In this document: in pieces, positions 1 to 12,557 of the stretch
How the letters are laid out: every line of letters begins with the position of its first letter
Position numbering within the stretch: position 1 is the first letter of the stretch
DNA from: Camelus dromedarius
Lineage: Eukaryota
DNA length: 64,000 nucleotides
Direction: 5' to 3'
Assembly: GCF_036321535.1 (NCBI RefSeq)
Contig: NC_087447.1
Coordinates: 13,268,001 to 13,332,000, forward strand
The notes under the pieces: model-generated
The model's input: the letters and a program-made list of their open reading frames with translations, nothing else
What the model was told of the DNA's origin: nothing
Databases searched by the model: none
Position numbers and translations under genes: made by a program

Positions 1-1975
1 CATGGCCTTGGATTCTTAAATATGGCAACAAAAACACCAGCAGCAAAAGGGAAATAGAAGAATTGGAATCCCATCAAAATTACTCTTGTGCTTTGATGGA
101 CACTATCAAGAAAGTGAAAGCTGGAGAACACTGCTGATGGAAATCTGTAATAGTGATATGTTGTGGGTATACAGTTAGTATTCCACAAACATTTAATATA
201 GAATTGCCACATGACCCAGCAATCCCTCTCCTGGATAAACACCTAAAATAATTGCAAACAGCTGTTCAAACCAGTGTGTACAAATGTTAACAGCAAAACA
301 ACTCAAATTTTAATAACTGATGAATGAATAATGAAATAGTGATATATCCATACAATAGACTATTATTCAACCATAAATAGATGCATACAAATGGATACAT
401 TTCAATTTATATTTAGGAATGCAAATATATTTCAGCAAATGAAGAAAATAAAGGAATTTACTCTACCTGATAAAGGGCATCTGTATAAAACCCACAGCTA
501 CTATCATACTTAATGGTGAATTCCCTCTATGACTGGAAATAAGACAAGTCTGCACCCTCCAATTTCTGTTTTGCCTTCTACCATAGAGTCTAGCCATCGA
601 AAAAAGATAAGAAAAAGAAAAGACATACAGATGAGAAAACAAGAGGTAAGATTATAAACATGTATTTATGGACAGATGGCATCATTATATAGGTAGAAAA
701 TGTTAAGCAATCTACAAAAAAATCTAATAGACCTAATCAGTTATTTAACAAGGTCACAAGATACAATGTCATGACAAATATTAAATGTATTTCTAAAAAA
801 CAGCTAACACAAATTAGAAACAAAATGATATGTAAAATACTATTAAAAACATGAAATTTGAAGAATACATTTTAAAAATACATTCAAGATTTATAGTGGA
901 AAACCAGAAAATATTTCTGAGAGAGTAAAGGGATCGATAACCAAGTTGATAAGTTAACAGACTCAATATGTACACCATATCAATTTTCACAATTTCAGTG
1001 CAGCTACAAAAAGCAGTGTACAGGATATTTGAAGGAACTGACATTCCTATTTTAAAATTTACATAGAAAATATAATCTTACAGGAACATGAAATAGAAAA
1101 TTACTCTCAAAAAAAGAACACAGTTGGAGAACTTATCCTACCTAAAAAAAAAGACATATAAAGTTTTCATAAATCATGCTATGGACTATTGAAATAATAA
1201 TAAAATGTTCATAAATAAATATAAATATATGAAGTTTTTACAAAGTTATCAAGTTAATTCAATGCAGAAAGAATAGATTTCTTGACAAATGATGACAAAT
1301 AGGATATCCATATGCAAAAATATAAACAAACTCAACCACTACATCACATTACACACAAAAATTAATGCAAAATGTGTCAGAGTCTAGATGTTAAATGTAA
1401 ACCTACTAAAGTTCTAAGAATATTTTTGATCTTGATGTAGATGATGTAAATCAATATTTATTATATATGACATTATGCATGAAACATTATATAAAAAACC
1501 TAAAAATGTGCAACCTGTCAAGCTCTCTTGCAGATCAGATATTATTTTTAAAAAACAAAAAGGAAATCCACAAAGAGAAAACTATAATATAAATACACAT
1601 ATTTATATTATATTTGTAAATTTATGCATAAAACTTTATATAAATATATCTTACAATTACTTAAATGTGTAAAATATATATGACAAAATACCTGTATCTA
1701 GAATATATAAAAACAAAATACATCTAAGTAAAGAGAAACCCAGAACTCTTATTTTTAAACTGTGAAGAAATTGAAAGGAAATTTCCCCATGAACTTATAC
1801 CTACAACAGTATTTTTTTCAATGCTCAATATCATTAGTCATCAGGGACAGCAAACTAAGCCTCAGTAATTTATCACTGCATACCTACCAGAATGACTAAA
1901 AGATAAATCATAAAAACTGACGAGAACGTGGAACAATACTCATATTTGAATTTACAACTACATTTTTGTGCTTTA
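1..1975 (+). mobile_element. Old LINE-1 (L1M-type) ORF2 and 3' fragments, rearranged and decayed
   Basis: A-rich sense strand with recognisable L1 ORF2 segments (gacactatcaagaaagtgaaag; atgacccagcaatccctctcctgg; aaaacccacagctactatcatacttaatggtga). No open frame. Confidence 0.75.
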
Positions 1976-2090
1976 GATCTCTCTCCACATGTTTAATGTT
2001 GCCTAGAGTTCCACGCTGACCATCACATGGGTCCCAAAGATAAATTATCTGGATCCTTTTAGAAGGTCTGTTTACTTTCACTGTCCTCTG

Positions 2091-2242
2091 GTTTTTCTTT
2101 TTTTTTCTTTCTTTTAATTATTTTGTTGGGGGAGGTAATTAGGTTTTTTTTTCATTTATCTTTGATGGAGGTACTGGGGATTGAACCCAGGACCTTATGC
2201 ATGTTAGGCATGCACTGTACCACTGAGCCACACCCTCCTCCC
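2091..2242 (-). mobile_element. tRNA-derived SINE (camelid Vic-1-like)
   Basis: Minus strand has A-box TGGCTCAGTGG, B-box GGTTCAATCC and an A-rich tail. Imperfect 13-bp TSD: tcactgtcctctg (2078-2090) / tcacagccctctg (2243-2255). Confidence 0.85.
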
Positions 2243-2632
2243 TCACAGCCCTCTGATTAATGTGAAAAACAGGTTTTGAATTCAAGTACTTTTAAATGAT
2301 TGCATTAATTTGATGCCCTCACTGTTCTAACTCTCAAGCAATGAATAAGAGGTTTCCTGAAAAGATTTAATACTTTTAAGATGACAGAAGTTCTCTCTCT
2401 GACACGAGCCACAGGTTAACTTTATCAGAGGTCTCTCACTGGAATTATGCCGTCTTTGATCTTCGCATGACATTCAGCTTTCCTAGGAACCAATATTCAG
2501 ATAGAGAGAGGAGGCTCACGTGTCTTGATTGCAAGTGCAGGGAACACAATTCCCTACTCAAGAATGCGTGTTTTTCAGACATGTCTCTCCAGAATACCTG
2601 CTTCTAAGACAAAGCCTTCCCATCAAAGGAGA

Positions 2633-2649
2633 TAATTATTCCCAAGAGA
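2633..2649 (+). promoter_or_regulatory. Homeodomain (TAATTA) + 1 bp + O/E/EBF (TCCCAAGAGA) composite site upstream of the first OR
   Basis: TAATTA-T-TCCCAAGAGA; the second part fits YCCCNNGRGR. Lies ~750 bp upstream of the OR ATG and ~60 bp upstream of a CAG|GTGAAA donor-like site. Confidence 0.55.
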
Positions 2650-3401
2650 GCAGCTACAAGACAAGGTCCCTGAACCTTTGTAGAAACCTCTTTAAATATC
2701 GATGCATGGCAGGTGAAAGTGTCTTTCTTGTTTATGTCTACAGAGCAAAACTCATCAAAGGTGGAATGAAACATTTGAATGTGTCTCCACCACACACTCT
2801 GCCTCCTGCCTGGGACCAGAGCTGTCTATAGAAGACCATGTGTTCATAGTGTTTCAAACTATTGCATTCTAAATTCAAGTCCAGAATTTTCTGTGAAAAC
2901 TTTTTGAGGCTTTAGGCTAATAGAAAAGATTCAGATTTATAAAAAGAATTACTTATCTACTGTGGATGTGATATGAATTGTCTGGATAGTATCTGAGTGT
3001 GTCATATATTTCATACTGAAAATTACTTATCCCAAAAGGAGTTCAATTTGAAGATGGGATTATTTCTGGACACCCTCAAATATTGTTAATATTATCTAAG
3101 ACCAGAAGGTAAGTTTTCAATAGTGCTGATGCTTATTAAAGATTGTTATTTTCTACAGATAATAACCATTTTGTTTCAACACTTTTCAAATACTGGAGCA
3201 GAGCATTTCATTTTCACCCCATTCTGCAAAAGATGGTTCGTAAATATCATTAAGCTAATTTGACAGATGAAACATTTCAGGTTCATAGAGACTCTGAAAT
3301 TTGTAGGATCCAACTCTCTAACACAGATTTTCGATATTCAAGCAGTTAAATGATTTCAAGTTTCACCTAATAAAAAGTGACTTCTTTTTTCAGGTAATGT
3401 C

Positions 3402-4352
3402 ATGAATCATCACTTGAGATACACGGAGAATAGAAACAACGTGACAGAGTTTGTTCTGCTGGGGCTCACACAGAATCCAAAGATGCAGACAATCGTATTT
3501 GTTGTGTTTTTGGTCATCTACATTGTCTCTATGGTAGGAAATGTGCTCACCATGGTCACCATCTCTGCTAGCCCATTACTGGAGTCCCCCATGTACTTTT
3601 TCCTGGCTCATCTCTCTTTTATTGATGCCTGCTACTCCTGTATCAATACCCCTAAGCTGATCATAGATTCACTCCATGAAAAGAAAACCAGCCCTTTCAA
3701 TGAATGCATGATGCAAATCTTTGGGGAACATCTCTTTGCAGGTATAGATGTCATCCTGCTCACTGTAATGGCCTATGACCGCTACGTGGCCATCTGCAAG
3801 CCCCTGCACTACACAGCCATCATGAACTGGCGACTGTGTTGGCTGCTAACTGGGGTGGCATGGGCGGGAGGCTTTCTTCACTCAACCATACAGATCCTCT
3901 TCATCGCCCATTTACCGTTCTGTGGCCCTAATGTCATAGATCACTTTATGTGTGATCTGAACCCCTTACTTGATCTTGCCTGCACTCATACCCACAGCCT
4001 AGGGCTCTTTGTGCCTTTCAACACAGGTTTCATCTGTCTATTAATCTTCCTCCTCTTGATTGGCTCCTATGTGGTCATTCTGCACTCCCTGAGGACACAC
4101 AGCTTAGAGGCGAGGCGCAAGGCCCTCTCCACCTGTGTCTCTCACATCACGGCTGTCGTCCTATTCCTTGTGCCCTGCTTATTTGTGTACCTGAGACCTG
4201 CAACTACTCTACCTAGTGATAAAGCAGTTACTGTGTTCTACACTGTAATAACTCCCATGTTAAATCCCTTCATCTATACATTGAGAAATGACCAGTTGAA
4301 AAATGCCATTAGGAATTTGTGTAGCAGGAAAGTTATTTCAGGTGATCAATAA
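3402..4352 (+). CDS. Olfactory receptor, OR4C subfamily (OR4C46/OR4C13-like), 316 aa
   Basis: OR motifs [55 protein letters not shown]; N-glycosylation site NVT; splice acceptor ttttttcag ending at 3393. The codon at the usual start position (MENRNNVT) is ACG at 3423-3425. Confidence 0.93.
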   Translation: MNHHLRYTENRNNVTEFVLLGLTQNPKMQTIVFVVFLVIYIVSMVGNVLTMVTISASPLLESPMYFFLAHLSFIDACYSCINTPKLIIDSLHEKKTSPFNECMMQIFGEHLFAGIDVILLTVMAYDRYVAICKPLHYTAIMNWRLCWLLTGVAWAGGFLHSTIQILFIAHLPFCGPNVIDHFMCDLNPLLDLACTHTHSLGLFVPFNTGFICLLIFLLLIGSYVVILHSLRTHSLEARRKALSTCVSHITAVVLFLVPCLFVYLRPATTLPSDKAVTVFYTVITPMLNPFIYTLRNDQLKNAIRNLCSRKVISGDQ

Positions 4353-4879
4353 AAGGTTCATGGAGTTGGCATTGATTCTAAAGACACAAAGATCAAAAGG
4401 ATATTGCTGGTGTTCTCAGCCAAGAATATCTATGAGATAAGTGACAATAAATTAACCACTATAAAGCATAGATTCTGCAAGTAGGGAGAAGATATGGGTG
4501 CAAGAACAGGGAGGAAAATCTTAGCCTGACATTAATTTTGCATATTTGGAAAATTCTACCAAATCAAGTCTTAGTTTTTCTAGCTTCATCAATGTATACG
4601 AATTATTACACTTAGTCTAATAACACAAACTAAAAATATACTGATAATGAGCAATTATTTTTATAGTAATACAAATGGGTAGGTGCTGTTATTATTCCCA
4701 TTTTACAGGTAAATAAACAAATAGAAAGGAGAAAGTTTCAAAACAGAAATATGGAAGAACTGGTCACTGGTATCTAAGTGATACCTCAACAATATATTTA
4801 ACTGCTGTTTTTTACTGCTGGTCATGATGATAGGAAGGTAGGGTAATTATACTCATTACCACTTATTGCGACAGGGACT

Positions 4880-5020
4880 GTATGTATGTGTGTGAGTGTG
4901 TGTGTATATATATATATATTTCTTATATATTATACATGTGTATTTACTATGTTACATATAATTAGATATATTATTTATATACATAGTTATATATATTAGC
5001 ATACACTGTTATATATACTA
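4880..5020. repeat. (TG)n/(TA)n microsatellite and AT-rich low-complexity tract
   Basis: gtatgtgtgtgagtgtgtgtgtatatatatatat followed by degenerate TA repeats. Confidence 0.7.
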
Positions 5021-5649
5021 TTATTTTATTAGTTCATTACATATTACTCAATTCTAATAATTGTCATTAATACCTCTGCCCATTTTGACATGTCATGGTT
5101 GATGGCAATACACTGGCTGTGACACTGTGCTGTGTAACTACTTTTGGAGTGTGAAAGCAACGGGCCATTTCATCGCCAAAGGGCATGTGAAGGATATTAC
5201 ACCACGTTTTCCAATTTCCTTGTTGCATTCAGAATCATTTTGCATTGTTCATGTCACCATCTTATGCTGATAATCCATCAGAAAAAAAGTGATGATTCAA
5301 ATAAAACATTTTAATGTCAGATATGAACTTAAATTTATTAAATTAATTAAAAGGCATACTCCATGAAGTACTTCCTTACTTGCTAACAATAGTTCCTACA
5401 AGTAGCACCATGTCTGCTTTATGATAAATACTGAATAAATGCATGTAAGTATAATGGAAGATGAATAATTTCAGTAAAATATAGAGCAGGAATGTAGTAC
5501 TGGAGACCAGCATTTTTACCACCTTTATCTGTTTCACACTAAAAAGTACTCTAGGCATATCTCTTTCAGAAACTACAATTTCTTTTTACTCTGCTTAAAC
5601 TAGGAATAAGAAAAAAATATTAAAAGTGCATATATTCTCATATGAAGAC

Positions 5650-7335
5650 ATAGTATACCTTGATATTATCGTGGCAGATAGGGATGTCGGAGACATTGAC
5701 CGGCCTCCGTATGGTGAACTGTAGTGCAGGCACTCAGAATTTGGGTGCAAAGTTGGCCATATTTTTCAGATAATTACTCTCTTTTTATGAAATTGCCCTT
5801 GGCCTGTTACAGGGCCACAGTAGTATCTGAATGCCTCACCATGCTGCACCAATTTACTGTGCAACCTGAATTGCCCATCATGAACTTATTGCTTTCTAAC
5901 ACAGAGAAGTTATAAAGCTGCGAGCACTCAACAGCACTCCAGCATCAGATGGAAGACTACATCCATCATCTGGTCCAATAGCACCTTAAGGCAGTTATAT
6001 GGATAAATGGCAAAAACGCTCACTGTTCCCACTCCTGCTGCACCTCCTTCTCTCTCCAAGTCTGCACCTGCACATTCGTAGGGAGGTGACTGTGATCGGT
6101 TGATGGAGGAAGAGACGACTTGGGGCTGGTTTACAGATATTTCTGCTAAGTGAATAAGCTGCAGGAACACAGTCCCATCCTGAAAAATCCCTGAAGGTCA
6201 GTAGTGAAGGGAAGTCCTCCCAATGGGTAAAACTTGAAGGACTGAACCTTTACTTGGAAGGAGAAATGTCTAGATGCACAGTATATACTAATTGGTAATT
6301 TTGACCAGTGATTTGGCTGGATGGTCTGGAACTTGGAAGGAACATGGTTGGAAGGATGGTGACAAGAAAATTTGAGGAAGAGTTCCATTTGCATACTTCT
6401 CTGAATGGGCCAACGACATGAAAATATTTGTGTCCCATGACACAAAGGGAAAAATGGGGGTGGTACTATTCACTACTACCTTTAGCAATCTATTAGGAAA
6501 GCGAGTGTTTCCTGTCCCAACAACTTATGCTTTGCTTGCTTAGAGGTCTTATGTCTAAAGGGAGAACTAACTCCACCAGGCACTGGAATTCCACCTGACA
6601 CAGGAAGATTCTGTTGAGCTGACAGTTAAGACATTTGCCTGACCACTCTGAGCTGCTCACGCCCCTCAATCAACAGGCAAATACTTAAGTTACGGTGATG
6701 GCTGAGGGTTGCTCCTGACTACAAAGGGGGAACTGGACAACTACTTCTCAATGAGACAAGGACATGTAAGTCTGGAAAACAGTGGCTCCCATTGGGCCTT
6801 TCTTAGTACCACCACGTCTGATGACTAAGATCAATACAAAACTACAGCAATCCAATCCAGTCAGAAGTACGAGCGGCCCAGACTTCTCAGCAATGCAGGT
6901 CTGTGCCACCCCACCAGGTAAAGGTCTCTGGACGGCTTCTGCTCCCTGAAGGCACAGAGAACACAAAGTGAGTGACACAAGAAACTCACTATAAAGACCA
7001 GCTAAAACCATGCAGCCACTCACAGAATTGAAAAGGGTAATTGCTGTATGTCCTTTCTATTTATGAACTTGTTGTGCTTGTATATATTATATATACAATA
7101 TCATTGTTTTCTTCTATTATTACTTTATTGTGTAACATAAGATACGTTGACTTTCTACCATAGCATTTCAGTTACAGAACACCAAGACTTCACCTCCCAA
7201 AGATTCTCCTCCCCTTTTGGGAAGAACTTAGTACAATTCTATTTGTACACAGGGGAGTTGTGTCATTTTAGGTAGAATTATGACCTGAACACAGTCCTTA
7301 TTTGGAGACTAAGTATAGTTTAAGGAGAAGCATCT
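5650..7335 (+). mobile_element. Decayed ERVL internal segment (RNase H/integrase region and 3' internal end)
   Basis: Resembles ERVL pol (cagataattactctc...ttggcctgttac; ggctggtttacagat; gggaagtcctcccaatgg; tggctggatggtctggaacttggaagga) and the ERVL 3' internal end (atttggagactaagtatagtttaaggaga). Many stops and frameshifts. Confidence 0.8.
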
Positions 7336-7339
7336 TGTT

Positions 7340-7775
7340 CTGGGCTGTGTCTACCAGGCTTTTCTGGATGGCATTCACATCTAAATTGGTAGAGTGAGTA
7401 AAAAGCCAGATGCCTTCTTCACTGTGAGAGGTCCTCATTTTACCCATCCATTTAATCAAACCTTAAAAAAAAAACCTTAAAAAAAGAACCTTAAAAAGGC
7501 TGAAATTCCCAGAATATGAGGGGTTTTTTCAGCCTCTGAGCCTTCATATTGAAACACCAGCCTTTCCTGTCTGAAGGCCTGCATGCTGGCACATTAGCTC
7601 TTCCTGACTCTGCAGTAGCTCTCTGCCTGTGGTCCTGACGAGGACTGAGCCTCACTAGTTTACAGCAGTTTCGGTCCTTGAGGTTCAAAGTGGAAATTGT
7701 CTCTGCAGATGTTGCATTTGCCAAATTTCATAATCACAAGATCCAAATTTTTATAGTAAACGTCTTCATATATAT
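7340..7775 (+). mobile_element. MLT2-type ERVL LTR (3' LTR of the preceding internal segment)
   Basis: tttctggatggcattcacatctaaattggtagagtgagtaaaaagccagatgcc... and terminal cataatcacaagatccaaatttttatagtaaa resemble MLT2. Contains three local aaccttaaaaa repeats at ~7459-7497. Confidence 0.65.
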
Positions 7776-7779
7776 GCTA

Positions 7780-9010
7780 TTGATACTGAAAGATAACACA
7801 CTCTCACGGACTGAAAAACTTAATTGTGTTAAGAAATCAATAATACCTAAGAAAATACAGATCCAGTCCAGTCCCTGTCAAACCCCCAATAACACTTTTC
7901 GCACATATGGAAAACATATTTAAAACATCCATATGGGATCACAACAGACCCCACAGCCAATATAATCTTGGAAAGTTAAACAAAGTTAGCAGTATTATAC
8001 ATTCTAGATTTAAAATGTACTGTAGAGCTACACTAATCAAAACTGTTGGCACAGGCCTCTAGAGCAATGAAATAGATTAGAAAGTCCAGAAGAAAAATCA
8101 CCCGAATGGTAAAAAGACTTTGTGCAAGGTTGCCAAGACCATCCAATAAGGAGAGGACAGTTTTTTTTTTTTAATAAATGGAATTGGCAAACCTGGACGT
8201 CCACATGTAAAAGAATGAAAGTGGACCTTCAACTTATACCATGTACACAGTACACTCAAATGTATCAAAGACCTTAACAGAAGAGCTAAAACATTACATG
8301 CTTAGAAAAATTAAAGAAGAAAATACTCAAGACATTAAATTGGGCAATAAGTTTTTTGAATAACATAAAAAAAGGCAAAAGAAGAAAAAGCAGGTAAATT
8401 GGACCATATCAAAATTTAAAACTTTTATACATTAAATGACACTATCAACAGAGAGAAAAGGTAATCCACAGAATGAGAGATAAGAAATACATAATTGGTA
8501 AGCTATTAATATCTACAATATACTAAGAATTTCTACAACTCAATAGCAAATAATAACCCAATTAATAAATGGAAAAATAACTAGAATAGACATTTTTCCA
8601 AAGAAGATATACAAATGGCCAATAAGTATATGAAAAGATGTAAAGATGCCCAACATTACTAATTACACTTGTGCACTGTTTGTGGGCATGTGAAATGGTG
8701 CAGCTGCTCTGAAAGACAATATGACACTCCTCAAAAAGTTAAAAATATAATTACCATATGATCTAGCTTTTCCTCTTTGGGGCATGTACTTAAGAGAATT
8801 GAAAGCAGAAACAAAAAAAGATATTTGGACTATGTTGATAGCATTATTATTCAGAAAAGCCAAAATATTTAAGCAATCTACTTACTCATCAACACATGAA
8901 TAGATAAACAAGATGCAGTATACATTCAATATATTATTCAACATTATAAAGGAACGTGTTTCTGACTGATGCTGCAACAGATAAATTGTGAGGACATGTT
9001 AGGTAAGATA
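7780..9010 (+). mobile_element. Old LINE-1 ORF2 3' half and start of 3' UTR
   Basis: aagaaaatacagatccag...; aaaatgtactgtagagctaca; ggaccatatcaaaatttaaaac; ttaccatatgatctagc. Decayed. Confidence 0.8.
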
Positions 9011-9064
9011 AGCCATATATGTTTCATCAAATTTATATTTTATAACAAGTTTATATTTATAGGT

Positions 9065-10085
9065 TAGTTGTAAAGGTAATTCAAGGTTTCCATATACTCT
9101 ACATTCAGATTCCCCCATTTTCATCCTCTATGAGTAGGGTACTTTTATTACAACTAACTAACCACCACTATTACATTAATTTTAATGAAGATCCATACAT
9201 TAACCAGACTCATTTGTTTTTACTGATGCCATATTTCTCCTCAAAAATCTGATTCAGGAAACCACATTACATTCAGTTGTCAAGTTTCCTTCAGCTCCTC
9301 CAGACAGTGACAGTTTCTCTGCTATTTCTTGTTTTGAATGACCTTGACAGTATTGAGAAAGACTATTCAGAAATTTGATATAAGAGCCTTCCATTGGGTT
9401 TGTCTGATATTTTACTCAGGGTTAGACCAAGGTTATGGGTTATTTCATGAAAGATCACAGACATAAAGTGCCATTTTCATCACATCCTATCACTGGATAG
9501 ATTCGTTCAATGTGACTTATCAATCTTTAAGTTAACTTTGATCACCTGACTCGGGTAGTGTCATATTGCTTCCCCGTAAATTTACTCTTTCCCCTCATCC
9601 CACAGTGTTCTCTTTGGAAGGAAGTACCTTAAGTGTGTGCACAGCTCACACTTTGGTGTTGGAGAGTTTGAGGACAGAGTATGTATATAAATCATTTGGA
9701 ATTATGTCTATTCTCCCCTATGCAACTAGTAATTTATTCAATTATTTATATCATTATAACTCATGGATACTTATTTTGTAATTTGAGTTATATTTCAATT
9801 CTATGTTATTTCCTATGTTGCTGAATTATTGTCCAGTGTTGGGCACTGGGGGCTCTTTTGGTTGGGTCATCTGTCCCTTTGGCATATCCTCGTCACTGTG
9901 TGAATGTGTGTGTGTGTGTGTGAGTGCATGTGTGTGAGTGTTTTAGCACTTCCTTACTTTCTAGCACTACAAGATGCTGTACTTCATTTTTACCTTCTCT
10001 GCCCCAGACTTAGAATTAGCCATTCTTTCAAGAAGCTCTGATCCATTGTTTGGAGAATGATAGTAATCAAGACTTGGATACTAGA
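9065..10085 (-). mobile_element. L1MC/L1MD-type 3' end, antisense, with an internal (TG)n
   Basis: caggaaaccacattacattcagttgtcaagtttccttcagctcctcc...; agcactacaagatgct...agaattagccattctttcaagaagctctg; (TG)n at ~9905-9940. Confidence 0.65.
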
Positions 10086-12557
10086 AGACCATCTTTGTCT
10101 TCATTATAGCCAAAGATGTCATTTATGATCCATATAAACATTTTTAATTGCAACTAGGTCATGTTTATTCATAATGTAATAAGACAAATTGAAAATTAAG
10201 TTCTTTATCACATGTGGCTTAATTGGAAGCCAAGGGACACATTAGGGAATGATCTTCTCCAGAATTCGGTATTTTGTATCATTCATGTGTAAATAGTCCT
10301 CCAGGGAAGGCAAAAGAGTTGAACTTCCCCAGTCAAAAGCTTGTGTGAGTGGATTTCAGAAAGTGTGGGATGAATCTGGGATCCACTTAGTCTGTCTTCA
10401 GGCATGAAGGTGGGAGCCTACACACCCTTGTGAGATAAAGAAATCCTGGTTCCAGATAAACAGAATGTTAGGATATTTCTGTTGCTGTTGTTCTCATTTG
10501 AGTAACGAGTGTTCAAATTGCCTTGGGAAGAAAAGAGGGCAAGTGAACATTTGAATCTCTACATGAACGTCTACAAAGCTGGTAAGACTTGTATTGGAGA
10601 TTAACTCAGTCTTAGGTAACACTCGGAGAAAGTGACTGTGACCAGTGTCGCTGTGGGTGTCCAACACATGCAGCTCACCTGTGGAAGGACTGAAAGTTTA
10701 GGACATTTCAGGTGCCTTCTACATTCCAGAGTGACATGATGGATATACAGGACATGCACAGTAGCTTCTGATGACAATGAGCCTTGCTAGAAGAGAGGTG
10801 TCAGAATCCAGGATGTGAGAGGTAAGCAAATAGAAATAATATCTGCTGAAGAGTTTCAGGATGTGCTCCAGGGACATGATGATTTGGTTTGGATATAGTT
10901 TCCCTTTTTCTGAGTGTAGCATAGTGCAAAACATTATTAGATTTAGTCTACAGGATATGTTCTTAATCCTTTCATTCCTTCAACAAATATTTGTTAAGTA
11001 CCTACTATTGTCTAGATGCTCCAATTCACTGGTTTATGGACAAAAAATCGGATCCTTTTGCTGCTTCATTTTAATATATCATTTGTATATATGTAATTCT
11101 AATATGTGCTTATCTCTATATCTACATAGGTATATAGATAAAATATGTTATGTGAATTATACATATTGCCTATATACCTATCTCTATAAATATATATAGA
11201 GATAAGGAGACATCTATATAATATTCTTAACAGATATATACTGTAAACAATTTTCTAGTGTTTGCTGAAGAGCTTTGACCAGGGTATATTTGGAAAAATA
11301 TCCTGAAAGCCACAAAATCTTTTATTAAAGCTAATGTGCAGCTGTACAATGTGATGAAACAGCCCAAGTTTCATAACTTACCCTATAGTTGACAAAACAT
11401 CTTACCTGTGCACCTGACTCTTACCAGTCACCAAAAAATATCACTGTCCTTCCTGCATATGTCAGAACACAGCTGCTATGGCTCAGGGATAAGACAGGAT
11501 AAATAACAGTCCAGCACCAAGGACAGAGTTTCAAAAAGCTTTCATATTTTAACACAACACATGATAGTGATCTTTCAAATTTTACCAAAGAACGTATCTT
11601 AAAAATTTGGTATGGCTTGTATCTCTGATACCAAGAGTGCAGCTTTTTCACACAGAGTGCAATACATGTTTTTGTTGGCATTTGTACAAATACAATTTAT
11701 TTATATATGAATGCATATGTGTGTGATGACATGTATTATCCAGATTTTAAGTAACACTTAACCATCCTGGCATACAATGCTGTCTTCTTTCTTCAGCTTA
11801 AAATATACTTTAGAGACCACTGCATATCTTCCTTGTTTTAATCAGTAGCTTAACCAATCTGTAGTATCAATATAGTTACCATCCTTTATTTATTCAGCTG
11901 TCTTCACACGTATTTTAAATCTGTTCTCATCTTTTGCTACCAGAGAAAGGGTTTGATGATAGTCTTTCTTCTGTAGGAAATGAAATCACTAGACCCATGT
12001 ATATGTGCAGTTGTAATATTACACATGTTGAAAATCACCCCTTAAGAGCTTTCACCCACTTAGATACCCACAAAAATGAATGAGATTGACTATTATCCAC
12101 AAGTCATCAGAACTTTAGTTCAACAGACTTGCATCATAAATATTACTGTATTAAAATAAGATGAAAAGGTTCTCTAATTGAACATTTGCATAGATTTAAC
12201 TGTGAATGAAATTCAACATCTTTTCATATGCTTAATTATATTTAATAAGGAGTAGAGTTGCTTTAAAATTCCTTATTCAGCCCATTATTTATTTTACTGT
12301 ATTTTTCTAAGATTAACAAGTAGAATCCATCTAAACTTAAAAATTATGCTTTTGTCTGGCGTGTGAGTTGGAAATATACTTTACCAGGTGGCACTTATAA
12401 ATTGTTATTAACTATGCTACTATATGAAGAATACATAAAACAGTTTGTCCAATATTTGGCATTTAGCTAGATATGAATAAATATTGTCATTTTATTTTTT
12501 TCTTTTCTCCTTGGCAGATTTTTACTAACCAGTGCTTTCCCCTAATCAAGTGAAAAA

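Noticed and set aside
2091-2242. tRNA gene (also 53806-53950)
   Set aside because: A and B boxes are present, but the A-rich tails and TSDs identify both as tRNA-derived SINEs.
3391-3399. CAG|GTAAT acceptor/donor overlap as a recursive-splice site (also 39304-39312)
   Set aside because: CAG|GT is the ordinary acceptor consensus, the donor match is only moderate, and there is no downstream exon to splice to.
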